Assembly: GCA_965220745.1 (NCBI GenBank)
Contig: CBDCQT010000012.1
Span: forward strand, 320,001 to 384,000
Direction: 5' to 3'
From: Alphaproteobacteria bacterium
GTDB lineage: Bacteria; Pseudomonadota; Alphaproteobacteria; UBA828
DNA: 64,000 bases
The notes beneath the pieces are model-generated. The model saw only the letters and a list, made by a program, of their open reading frames with translations, did no database searches and was not told the origin of the DNA. Shown piece after piece: positions 38,863 to 47,621 of this stretch. The stretch's first letter is position 1. Every line of letters starts with the position of its first letter. Both the position numbers and the translations under genes were made by a program.

Positions 38863-41184
38863 TTACGACGCATCGCGCTGCTGCAACGCCGTCACCACGC
38901 GCTCCGGCGTGATCGGCATCTCGAACACGCGCACGCCGATGGCGTCGGCGACCGCGTTCGCGATGGCGGGTGCAACGGCGGTCATGGCCGGCTCGCCGAT
39001 ACCCTTGGCGCCGAAGGGCCCGACGCCGCTGCGCGATTCGAGGATGATGCACTCGACGTTCGGCATGTCCATCGCCGTCGGCATCAGGTATTCGCTGAAC
39101 GACGGCGTGACCAGCCGGCCCTCCTCGTAGAGCATCTCCTCGCTGAGAGCGTAGCCCTGTCCGTTCTGAGCGCCGCCCTGGATCTGGCCTTCGACCGCCG
39201 CCGGGTTGATGCACTGGCCAACGTCGTGGGCGGCGACGCTCTTCAGCACCTCGACCTCGCCGGTCTCCACATCGACCGAGACCTCGACCGCGTGGGCGCC
39301 GTAGGCATAGTCCGGGTGGGCCTGGCCCTGCCCGGTCTCGGGATCGAGAAAGTCGCCGAAGGGCGCGCGGAAGATCGCAAGCTCCGAGCGGTGGATGCCC
39401 TCGGCCGCGCAGGTGCGCACCAGATCGACCAGCGGCATGCGCTGCTCCGGCTTGTCGATGACGAAGACCTCGTTGAAGGCCATGTCGATCTCGTCCGGCG
39501 CGACGCCGAATTCTTGGGCCGCGCGTTCGGCGAGGCGGGCGCGCAGACCCTCGGCCGCCTGCTTGGCGGCATTGCCGGTCATGTAGAGCGCGCGCGTCGC
39601 CGTGGTGGTGCCGGCGAGCGGGGTGACGGCGGAATCGCTGTTGTAGATGACGACGTTGTCGAGGGTGACGCCCAGCACCTCCACCGCGATCTGGCCGAGC
39701 GCGGAGATCTGCCCGGCGCCGATGTCGGTGACGCCGGAGCGCACCACCACGGTGCCGTCCATCTCAACGCCAACCCAGGCCTCCGAGGTGTCGTGCAGGA
39801 AGGTGAGGCGGCCATAGCTCTGCTGGTAGCAGGCGAGGCCGCGGCCGATCCGGATCGGCCCGTCGGAGGCAGTGGGCTCGCCCAGCCCGGCCCAGGCCTT
39901 CTCCGCGCACTGCTCGGTCCAGATCGCGCTCGGCGGCACGAAGCCCGTGGACATGGGCTCGCCGGTCTTCAGGAAGTTCCGGCGCCGGAGCTCCAGGCGG
40001 TCGATGCCGAGCGTGTTGGCGATCTCGTCCATCTGCTGCTCGTAGGCTGCGCAGGCCTGCAGCGCGCCGAAGCCCCGGAAGGCGCTGGTGTACATGTTGT
40101 TGGTCGCCACGGCCTTGGCGAAGACATTGAGGTTGTCCACCCGGTAGGGGCCGGGCGCCGCCACCAGCGCGTAGAGGATGACGTAGGGGCTCAGGAACAC
40201 GTAGGCCCCGGCGTCAGCGATCATCTGCACGTCGAGGGCCGTGATCTTGCCGTCGTTCGTCACGCCGGTGCGGTAGGTCAGGATGAAGGGGTGGCGCTTG
40301 CCGTGGCCCACGAACGAATCCTCGCGCGAGTATTCCAGCCGCACCGGCCGCCCGGTCTGCTTGGCGAGCAGCGCGAGATAGACCTCGACGGTCAGGTCCT
40401 CCTTGCCGCCGAAGCCGCCGCCCACCAGTGCGCCGCGCACGCGGACCTTGTTGTGGGGCACACCGAGGGCATCGGCGATGGGCCGGAAGTGCTCGATCAC
40501 CTGGGTCGAGACCCGGATGTTGACCACGTCGTTCTCGTCAACCCAGGCGAGGCCCACCTCCGGCTCCAGGAAGGCGTGCTCCTGGAAGGGCGTCCTGTAG
40601 GTGTTCTCGACGATCAGGTCGGCCTCGGCGAAGCCCGCCTCGGCATCGCCCTTCTTGATCTTGCGCTCGGCGACGATGTTGTCGCTGCCATAGACCAGCG
40701 GCGCGCCTGGCTTCAGCGCTTCCAGGGTGTCGTAGACGCCGGGGATCGGCTCCAGCGCAAACTCGATGAGCTCCGCCGCGTGGTCGGCGATGTCGCGGGT
40801 CTCCGCCGCGATCAGCGCCAGCGGCTCACCGAAGTAGCGCACCCGGTCCTTCACCAGAATCGGCTGGTCGGTGTCCAGCCGCTTCTGGCCGGTCTGGCCG
40901 GGGATGTCGGTGGCCGCCGTGCGGTCGGCGAGGTCGTCGGCGGTGAGCACGCAGGCGACGCCCCGGAGCGCCCGTGCCTTCGACACATCGAGTCGGACAA
41001 GCCGGGCGCTCGCGATGTCGGCGCGGAGCACCCGCATGTGCAGCATGTTCGGCATCACGTAATCGCCGGCGTAGGGCGTGCGGCCCGTGACCTTGCCCGG
41101 CGCATCGGTGCGGGTCAGCGGCTTGCCGACCTGCCGAAACTGGACGTTGGCCAATGTCCCCGGATCCATGTCGGTGTGGGTCAT
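38863..41184 (-). CDS. Xanthine dehydrogenase family Mo-binding subunit
   Basis: QEHAFLEP, GGGFGGK, AFRGFG, KGIGEP. Confidence 0.92.
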   Translation of the reverse strand: MTHTDMDPGTLANVQFRQVGKPLTRTDAPGKVTGRTPYAGDYVMPNMLHMRVLRADIASARLVRLDVSKARALRGVACVLTADDLADRTAATDIPGQTGQKRLDTDQPILVKDRVRYFGEPLALIAAETRDIADHAAELIEFALEPIPGVYDTLEALKPGAPLVYGSDNIVAERKIKKGDAEAGFAEADLIVENTYRTPFQEHAFLEPEVGLAWVDENDVVNIRVSTQVIEHFRPIADALGVPHNKVRVRGALVGGGFGGKEDLTVEVYLALLAKQTGRPVRLEYSREDSFVGHGKRHPFILTYRTGVTNDGKITALDVQMIADAGAYVFLSPYVILYALVAAPGPYRVDNLNVFAKAVATNNMYTSAFRGFGALQACAAYEQQMDEIANTLGIDRLELRRRNFLKTGEPMSTGFVPPSAIWTEQCAEKAWAGLGEPTASDGPIRIGRGLACYQQSYGRLTFLHDTSEAWVGVEMDGTVVVRSGVTDIGAGQISALGQIAVEVLGVTLDNVVIYNSDSAVTPLAGTTTATRALYMTGNAAKQAAEGLRARLAERAAQEFGVAPDEIDMAFNEVFVIDKPEQRMPLVDLVRTCAAEGIHRSELAIFRAPFGDFLDPETGQGQAHPDYAYGAHAVEVSVDVETGEVEVLKSVAAHDVGQCINPAAVEGQIQGGAQNGQGYALSEEMLYEEGRLVTPSFSEYLMPTAMDMPNVECIILESRSGVGPFGAKGIGEPAMTAVAPAIANAVADAIGVRVFEMPITPERVVTALQQRDAS

Positions 41185-41678
41185 GGTGCACCTCCCTCGG
41201 CGCGCATGTCGTCGGCCGCGTCGGCGATCGCCTCGAAGATCTTGGTGTAGCCGGTGCAGCGGCAGAGATTACCGCTCAGCCCTAGGCGAATGTCCTCCTC
41301 GCTCGGCTCCGGGTGCTCGTCGATGATCGCCTTGGCCGCGATGATGATGCCGGGAATGCAGTAGCCGCATTGCGCGGCGCCGCCGTCGGCGAACGCCTTC
41401 TGCAGCGGATGCGGCGAGTCCAAATCACCGAGGCCGGAGACCGTGGTGATCTCCTTGTCGGCCGCCATCCAGGCCAGCGTCAGGCAGCTGTCCACGGCCA
41501 TGCCGTCGAGCAGCACGGCGCAGGCGCCGCAGTCGCCCTTCTCGCAGCCGCACTTTACCTCCATGTGGCCGAGGTGCCGCAGCGCTTCGAGAAGCGTGCG
41601 ATGGGCGGGGAAGCGCCCTTCCTCCTCGCGGCCGTTGATGCGGAGCGTGATGGTCCTTGTCTCAGGCATGAGTGTCAC
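41181..41678 (-). CDS. XDH-family 2x[2Fe-2S] subunit
   Basis: GCEKGDCGAC, QCGYC, NLCRCTGY. Confidence 0.93.
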   Translation of the reverse strand: MTLMPETRTITLRINGREEEGRFPAHRTLLEALRHLGHMEVKCGCEKGDCGACAVLLDGMAVDSCLTLAWMAADKEITTVSGLGDLDSPHPLQKAFADGGAAQCGYCIPGIIIAAKAIIDEHPEPSEEDIRLGLSGNLCRCTGYTKIFEAIADAADDMRAEGGAP

Positions 41679-41682
41679 TCCC

Positions 41683-42549
41683 TCAGGCCAGCCGATCCCA
41701 CGCCTGGGAAACCAGGCGCCGGGTGAGGGCTTCGACCGTGTGGCGGCGGTAGCCAGCGGAGGCCCGGATGTCGTCGATGGGGGTGCAGGTGTCCGCCGCC
41801 GCCTCCGCCGCCGCGTCGATGAGCGCTGGCGTCAGCGTCTGGCCTTCCAGCACCGCCTCCGCCTCTTTGACGCGGCGCACGACGGGCGCGACGGAGGCGA
41901 GCGCGATCCGCGCCCTGGTGCAGGTGCCGTCCGATACCGACAGCGCCACCGCCACGCCGGTGACGGTGATGGCATCGCCCTTGCGCCGCGCGAGCTTGTA
42001 GAAGGTGTTCGCCGAGTTCTCCGGCAGCCGCGGCCATGAAATCCGGGTGATCAGCTCGTCCGGCCGGCGCGCGTCCTGCTTGTAGCCGAGGTAGTAGTCG
42101 TCCAGCGCCAGTGTCCGCGTGCCCGACGTGCTCGCCAGCGTCAGCTCGGCATCGAGCACGAGTAGCGGCGGCACCAGGTCCGCTGCGGGCGAGCCGCTCG
42201 CGATGTTGCCGGCGACCGTGCCGGTGTTGCGCACCATCAGGCCGCCGAAGAGGCGCGCGGCCTCGATCAGCGACGGTGCCTCCCTTGCGATCTCGGGCGA
42301 GCGCAGCAGGTCGCTCACCGTGGTGCGGCCGCCGATGGAGATGCGCTCCGGCCCGAACGCCATGCCGAGCAGCTCGTCGACCTCGCCGAGGCCCACCATC
42401 CGGTCCGGCCGCTCGCGCTTCGCGCGAATGTCGACGATCAGGTTCGTGCCGCCCGCGATGGGGAGCACGGTCTCGCCGCCGCCGTTCGCGAGCGCCGTGA
42501 GGGCGCCGTCCAGGGTCGTGGGAATGTCCAGTTCGAAGGGCGCGTACAT
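41683..42549 (-). CDS. XDH-family FAD-binding subunit
   Basis: AGGTNL, RNTGTVAGN, DDIRASAGYR; no 4Fe-4S insertion. Confidence 0.9.
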   Translation of the reverse strand: MYAPFELDIPTTLDGALTALANGGGETVLPIAGGTNLIVDIRAKRERPDRMVGLGEVDELLGMAFGPERISIGGRTTVSDLLRSPEIAREAPSLIEAARLFGGLMVRNTGTVAGNIASGSPAADLVPPLLVLDAELTLASTSGTRTLALDDYYLGYKQDARRPDELITRISWPRLPENSANTFYKLARRKGDAITVTGVAVALSVSDGTCTRARIALASVAPVVRRVKEAEAVLEGQTLTPALIDAAAEAAADTCTPIDDIRASAGYRRHTVEALTRRLVSQAWDRLA

Positions 42550-42574
42550 CGCTACGTCTCCCGATTCAGCCGCG

Positions 42575-43357
42575 CTACACGTCCCAGCCGCCATCGACCG
42601 TGATGGCTTGGCCGGTGATCTGGCGGCTGTCCTCGCTCGCCATGAACAGCACGGCGTTGGCCACGTCCTGGCAGGTGGTCACGCGCTTCAGGCACATCTC
42701 CTGCACGTATTCGTCGTACACCTCGTCGATGGTCCAGCCGCGCACGCGGGCTTTCTCCTCGCAGAGCTTCTGCATGCGCGGGGTCTCGACGATGCCGGGG
42801 CAGACCGCGTTGACGTTGACGTTGTACTTGCCGACCTCCAGCGCGACCGTGCGCGTGATCCCGCGCACCGCCCATTTGGAGGCGCTGTAGGCTGTGCGCA
42901 TGGCGTAGCCGCGCAGGCCCGAGGTGCCGCCGATGTTGACGATCTTGCCGCTCTTCTGCGCGATCATGGTCGGCACCACGTGCTTGATGGGCAGGAAGGT
43001 GCCGATCTCGTTGGCCCTGATGACGTAGTCGAAGTCGGCCACGTCGATGTCCTGCACCGGCGTCTCGATGGGCCCGGTGACGCCCGCGATGTTGACCAGG
43101 ATGTCGATGCGCCCGCCGAAGGCTTCGAGGGCCTTGTCGACCACCGCCTTGACCTCGGCATCTTCGGTCACGTCGCAGGCCACGACGTGGGCCTGCCGCC
43201 CCAGCGCGCGCACGTCCGCAGCGACCTGTTCGAGCGGCTGGGTGTCGCGGGCGGTCAGCACGACATCGGCGCCCTCGCGCGCGAGTGTCGTCGTGATGGC
43301 CGCGCCCATGCCCTTCGCGGCGCCGGTGACGATCGCCTTCTTGCCATCCACTTTCAC
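42575..43357 (-). CDS. Short-chain dehydrogenase/reductase
   Basis: TGAAKGMG, NIAG, YSASK. Confidence 0.93.
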   Translation of the reverse strand: MKVDGKKAIVTGAAKGMGAAITTTLAREGADVVLTARDTQPLEQVAADVRALGRQAHVVACDVTEDAEVKAVVDKALEAFGGRIDILVNIAGVTGPIETPVQDIDVADFDYVIRANEIGTFLPIKHVVPTMIAQKSGKIVNIGGTSGLRGYAMRTAYSASKWAVRGITRTVALEVGKYNVNVNAVCPGIVETPRMQKLCEEKARVRGWTIDEVYDEYVQEMCLKRVTTCQDVANAVLFMASEDSRQITGQAITVDGGWDV

Positions 43358-43382
43358 TGCACTGTTCTCCTGCTTGCGTCGC

Positions 43383-44978
43383 TCATTGGCCTTTCGTCTC
43401 GGGTTGCCCGTAACCGCCGCCGCCGCAGCTCTCGACGATCACCACGTCGTCCCTGTCGAGGCGGAGGTTCGCCTTGCCCGGCATGTCCTCCCGACTGCCG
43501 TCCGCATGCGCGATGGTGACGCGGAAGGGGGCTCCGTCCTCGCCGCCCTGCAGGCCGTAAGGCGGCACCACGCGGCGCTCGAACATCGAGGTCACCGACA
43601 TGTCGTCGGTGAGCACCCGGTATTCGCGATGCAGACCCTCGCCGCCCTGCTGCCGGCCAGCGCCGCCCGAGCCCTGGCGCAGGCGCTGGCTCTCAATGCG
43701 GATGGGGAACTCGGCCTCCACCACCTCGGCCGGGGTGTTCATCACGTTGGACATGTGCACGCGCACCACCGGGGCGCCGTCGCGGTCGTGCCGCGCGCCT
43801 TCGCCGCCGCCGTGGACCTCATAGAGCGTGGTCCAGGCGCCGTCGGCCCGCCTGCCGCCGAACAGCACCAGGCCCGACGTGGTCGGCCCGCCGGCCGAGA
43901 TGCGCTCGGGACCCACGGCTTCGAAGGCCTTGAACACGGCATCCGCGATCCGCTGCGAGGTCTCGTGGTTGCCGCCCACCACGGGGCTCTCCCGGCCGGG
44001 GTCGAGCAGGGAGCCGGGGCGGGTCACGATCTCCAGCGGCCGGTAGCAACCGCCGCTCGGCTGGATGTCGGAGCCAAAGAGCGTCTTCACCACGTAGAAG
44101 ACCGAGGCCGCGGCGATGAAGGGCGTGGTGTTCACCGGCCCCCGCGCCGCGTCTTCGGTCCCGGAGAAGTCAAAGCGGGCGCCGTCGCCTTCGATGGTGA
44201 CGCGCACGCGAACGGCAACCGGCCCGCCGCCGCCGGCATCGTCATCGAGCCAGTCCGCGCCTTCGTAGGTGCCGTCGGGAATGGCCGCGAGCGCCGCCCG
44301 CATCTGCGCCTCGGCCCGGTCGTGAATCGCGGCGATGGCGGCCAGCACCGTCTCCCGCCCGTGCTCGGCGCAGATGTGCTGCACCCGCTCGTCTGCTGCC
44401 CGGCTGGCGGCGACCTGAGCCAGGATGTCGCCCTCGCGCTCGTCGGCGCCCCGCACGTTGGCGCAGATCATGTCCAGCTTCTCGCGGTCCGGCCCGGCGA
44501 CGGTGAAGAGTCGGAAAGGCGGGATGCGCAGCCCCTCCTGCCAGGCGTCGGTGGCGCCGGCGACGTAGCTGCCGGGCACCGCGCCGCCGATATCCGCCCA
44601 ATGGGCGAGGCTCGCCGCGAACGCGACGATAGAGCCATCCACGAAGATCGGCCGGATCGCCTTCACGTCGGGCAGGTGGTTGCCGCCCACCTCGGGCAGG
44701 TTGAGGAACCAGACATCGCCGGGCTCCAGCCTCTCCCTGGGCACCCGCTTCAAAAACTCGCGCACGGTAAAGCTCATCACCCCCATGTGCATGGGGATGT
44801 CGCGGCCCTGGGCGATGAGGTGGCCGTCGGCATCGGTCAGCGCGGACGAGAGATCGCCGGCCTCGCGCAGCAGCGGCGAACGGGCCGAGCGCATGACCAC
44901 GAGCGACATCTCCTCCGCCGTCGCCGACAGCGCGTGGCGGATGACTTCGAGTGTGACCGGATCCACGGCGCCGCTCAT
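43383..44978 (-). CDS. Hydantoinase B/oxoprolinase family subunit
   Basis: GGNHLPD, HWADIGG, NTPAE, GGGGYG. Confidence 0.92.
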   Translation of the reverse strand: MSGAVDPVTLEVIRHALSATAEEMSLVVMRSARSPLLREAGDLSSALTDADGHLIAQGRDIPMHMGVMSFTVREFLKRVPRERLEPGDVWFLNLPEVGGNHLPDVKAIRPIFVDGSIVAFAASLAHWADIGGAVPGSYVAGATDAWQEGLRIPPFRLFTVAGPDREKLDMICANVRGADEREGDILAQVAASRAADERVQHICAEHGRETVLAAIAAIHDRAEAQMRAALAAIPDGTYEGADWLDDDAGGGGPVAVRVRVTIEGDGARFDFSGTEDAARGPVNTTPFIAAASVFYVVKTLFGSDIQPSGGCYRPLEIVTRPGSLLDPGRESPVVGGNHETSQRIADAVFKAFEAVGPERISAGGPTTSGLVLFGGRRADGAWTTLYEVHGGGEGARHDRDGAPVVRVHMSNVMNTPAEVVEAEFPIRIESQRLRQGSGGAGRQQGGEGLHREYRVLTDDMSVTSMFERRVVPPYGLQGGEDGAPFRVTIAHADGSREDMPGKANLRLDRDDVVIVESCGGGGYGQPETKGQ

Positions 44979-46990
44979 AGGCCGGCTCCGGTGGCGATGT
45001 GGAGATGGCCCGCGTCGTCAGCGGTAAGCGTTGCGCCCGGCGGCACGACCACGGTCGACCACGCATCGTCGACGATGACTGGCCCCTCCAGCGAACTGTC
45101 CGGGCTCAGGCCCGCGCGGTCGTAGCGCGGCGTCGGCACCGGCTCGCCGGACTCGAACGTCGCCGGCAGCGTCTTGATGGGCGAGAGCGCTTCGTTGGTC
45201 TTGGCGGCGGGAGAATGGACCGCGCCATTGCTGGGCGCCGAGACTCGCATCCTAATCGAGACCAGCTCCCACGGCTCCTCGGTGGCGAAGCCGTAGAGCG
45301 CCCGGTGGCGCTCCATGAAGGCGCGGCCCAGCTCCAGCGGGTCGTCGAGCGCGGCGTCCGCGATCTCGATGGCGTAGCTCTGGCCGCTGTAGCGGACCGA
45401 CGCGACCTCCTCCACCGCAAGTGCCGCGTCCTCATGACCGGCCGCGGCGAGCGGCGCGGCGAGGGTCGCGCGGAGCTCCCGCCGCACGCCGTCCACGCGC
45501 GCCTGATCCCACGAGTCGGCGGCCATGCGGAGCGTGCGCTGCTGCGCGTAGCTCATCTCCGCGCCGACACAGCCCAGCGCCGAGAACATGCTGGAATGCG
45601 CCGGCACCACCACCTTGTCGATGGAGAAGGCGCGGGCCAGCGCCACGGCGTGCATGGGGCCCGCGCCGCCGAAGGCGAGCAGCGTGCAACTGCGCCCGTC
45701 GACGCCGCGCTCCACGGTCACTCGGCGCAGCGCCCGCAGCATCGCCGCGTTCGCGACCCTGACGACGCCCAGAGCCGCAGCCTCGGGCGTCATGTCCATG
45801 GCGGCGCTGAGCGGCGCGATCACGTCGTGGGCCGCGCGCGCATCCAGGTGCACGTCGCCGCCCAGCACACGGTCCGTGGCCATGTATCCCAGCAGCAGGT
45901 TGGCGTCGGTCACGGTCGGCCGGTCGCCGCCCTTAGCGTAGCAGGCCGGCCCTGGCACGGCGCCGGCGCTCTCCGGCCCCACCATCAGCGAGCCGTGATC
46001 GAGCCGCGCGATGGAGCCGCCGCCGGCCCCGATGGACTCGACGGCCACCATGGGCTGCCGCAGGGGCCGCCCGCCGAGGGAGCGGTCGCTCGCGATCTGC
46101 GCCGCGCCGTCGAGGATCAGGCAGACATCGGTGGTGGTGCCGCCCATGTCGAAGCTGATGGCACGCTCGATTCCGAGCGCGCGGGCCATGCGGCCCGCCG
46201 CGGCAACGCCGGCGGCGGGGCCCGAGGCGGCGAGACCGAGCGGCAGGTCGCGCAGCGCCGCAGGCGAGGCCATGCCGCCGGCGGAGTGGAAGAGGTGCAG
46301 CCGGGAGGCCTCCGGTTTCGCCGCTTCCAGGTCGTCCATGTACGCGGCTGCCAGGGGCATGACGCCGGCGCTCAGTGCCGTGGTCGCCGTCCGCTCGTAC
46401 TCGCGGGCCTCGGGATTGACCCGGTGCGAGAGCGCGACGAAGGGGAAGCGCGCGCGCAGCCGCTCGCCCAGGGCCTCCTCGTGGGCGGGGTTGGCGTAGG
46501 AATGCAGCAGCGAAACGGCGACCGCCTCGGCATCGCTCGCAGCGACGCGTCCGATCGCGTCCGCCACTGAGTCCGGGTCCAGCGCGGTCATGACCCGGCC
46601 GTCGTGGTCGAGCCGCTCGGTCACCTCGAAGCGGCGTTCGGCCGGCACTTGGGGTGTGAGCTTCGGCGGCAGGTCTAGCCGGTAGAGGTGGCGCCGGTTC
46701 TGGCGCCCGATGGCGAGCGTGTCCGAGAACCCATGCGTGGCGATCAGCGCGACCCTGGCGTGGTCGCCCTGGATGATGGCGTTGGTGACGATGGTGGTGC
46801 CGTGGATCAGGTCGTCCACGTCCGCCCATTGGAGATCGACCGCGCCGAGCGCCGCCACCAGGCCCGCGATGCGGTCGTCGGTGCGGGAGGGGACCTTCGC
46901 GGCTCTCACCTCGCCGCGCGCCCGGTGATGGGCGATCACGTCGGTGAACGTGCCGCCGACATCGATACCGACTTGCCATCCCTTCGGCAC
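44975..46990 (-). CDS. Hydantoinase A/oxoprolinase family subunit
   Basis: DVGGTFTD, SGPAAG, DMGGTTTD, FGGAGPMH; GTG start after GGAGG. Confidence 0.92.
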   Translation of the reverse strand: MPKGWQVGIDVGGTFTDVIAHHRARGEVRAAKVPSRTDDRIAGLVAALGAVDLQWADVDDLIHGTTIVTNAIIQGDHARVALIATHGFSDTLAIGRQNRRHLYRLDLPPKLTPQVPAERRFEVTERLDHDGRVMTALDPDSVADAIGRVAASDAEAVAVSLLHSYANPAHEEALGERLRARFPFVALSHRVNPEAREYERTATTALSAGVMPLAAAYMDDLEAAKPEASRLHLFHSAGGMASPAALRDLPLGLAASGPAAGVAAAGRMARALGIERAISFDMGGTTTDVCLILDGAAQIASDRSLGGRPLRQPMVAVESIGAGGGSIARLDHGSLMVGPESAGAVPGPACYAKGGDRPTVTDANLLLGYMATDRVLGGDVHLDARAAHDVIAPLSAAMDMTPEAAALGVVRVANAAMLRALRRVTVERGVDGRSCTLLAFGGAGPMHAVALARAFSIDKVVVPAHSSMFSALGCVGAEMSYAQQRTLRMAADSWDQARVDGVRRELRATLAAPLAAAGHEDAALAVEEVASVRYSGQSYAIEIADAALDDPLELGRAFMERHRALYGFATEEPWELVSIRMRVSAPSNGAVHSPAAKTNEALSPIKTLPATFESGEPVPTPRYDRAGLSPDSSLEGPVIVDDAWSTVVVPPGATLTADDAGHLHIATGAGL

Positions 46991-47055
46991 GGCGCCGCCT
47001 CCGGATGCCGGGTCGCCGGGCGGCCTTTCTTTGCGGACCGTTACGGCAACCGGAA

Positions 47056-47091
47056 TTATCGAATATCGAAAGTTATTTCGATATTCGATAA
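47056..47091. promoter_or_regulatory. Perfect 16-bp inverted repeat, probable IclR operator
   Basis: TTATCGAATATCGAAA-gtta-TTTCGATATTCGATAA, AT-rich, 66 bp upstream of the operon's first gene. Confidence 0.7.
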
Positions 47092-47167
47092 AGATGCGCC
47101 GTCTCCCGGCGTCCGTCAACAGGAAATTTCGACAGTGCTGTGGGGTGGCCGGTGACGAGGTGACCCC

Positions 47168-47439
47168 CTAGCCCGCCTTTCTCACCAAGGTCATGGTCTG
47201 CGCGGCGCCGTCCAGCCGACAGGGTAGGAGAGGCGCGCAGCGCGATGCGGGGACATCGGGCAAACGCCTCGACGCACACTGTCGGCTGGAGAGCGCCGCC
47301 CTTCGGGTCGCGCCTAGGCGCCCGCCCGCGGCGTCGTGGGCCTCAACCGTATTCCCTGATACGCTTTTCGGCCCGCTCCTGGCGGATCGAACGTCTGGGC
47401 GCGACGCAGGCTGTGACATTGGTGAGAAATCCGGGCTAG
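47168..47439. mobile_element. 272-bp MITE-like or structured-RNA element with 42-bp imperfect terminal inverted repeats
   Basis: CTAG at both ends; TIRs match at 34/42; internal 12-bp stem 47211-47222/47279-47290; no credible ORF. Confidence 0.6.
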
Positions 47440-47616
47440 AGCGTGTCTGTCTTTGACAGACGCGCGACAGGCCGCGACTGCGGCCCGCCGATAATGCGGC
47501 GCGCCCGCGCAGGCGCCGGCCGGTCGCGCCGGAAGGCGCGCGGAATCGCAGGACGGCCGGCTGCCGTGATCGATAAAGAAGCCGGAGCGTTTCCGTGCAA
47601 AACGGAAACGCTCTAG
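47436..47616. repeat. RIME/Bru-RS-like palindromic element
   Basis: Ends CTAGAGCGTGTCTG / CGGAAACGCTCTAG (12/14 inverted match), each end with its own hairpin. Confidence 0.55.
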
Positions 47617-47621
47617 CGGAG

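Noticed and set aside
36254-39130. 958-aa plus-strand ORF and similar long antisense ORFs (e.g. 11184-13292, 25166-27481, 39226-41250)
   Set aside because: Shadow frames of high-GC genes on the opposite strand; no domain motifs
38863-42549. 4-hydroxybenzoyl-CoA reductase call
   Set aside because: The FAD subunit lacks the 4Fe-4S insertion, and no CoA ligase is nearby
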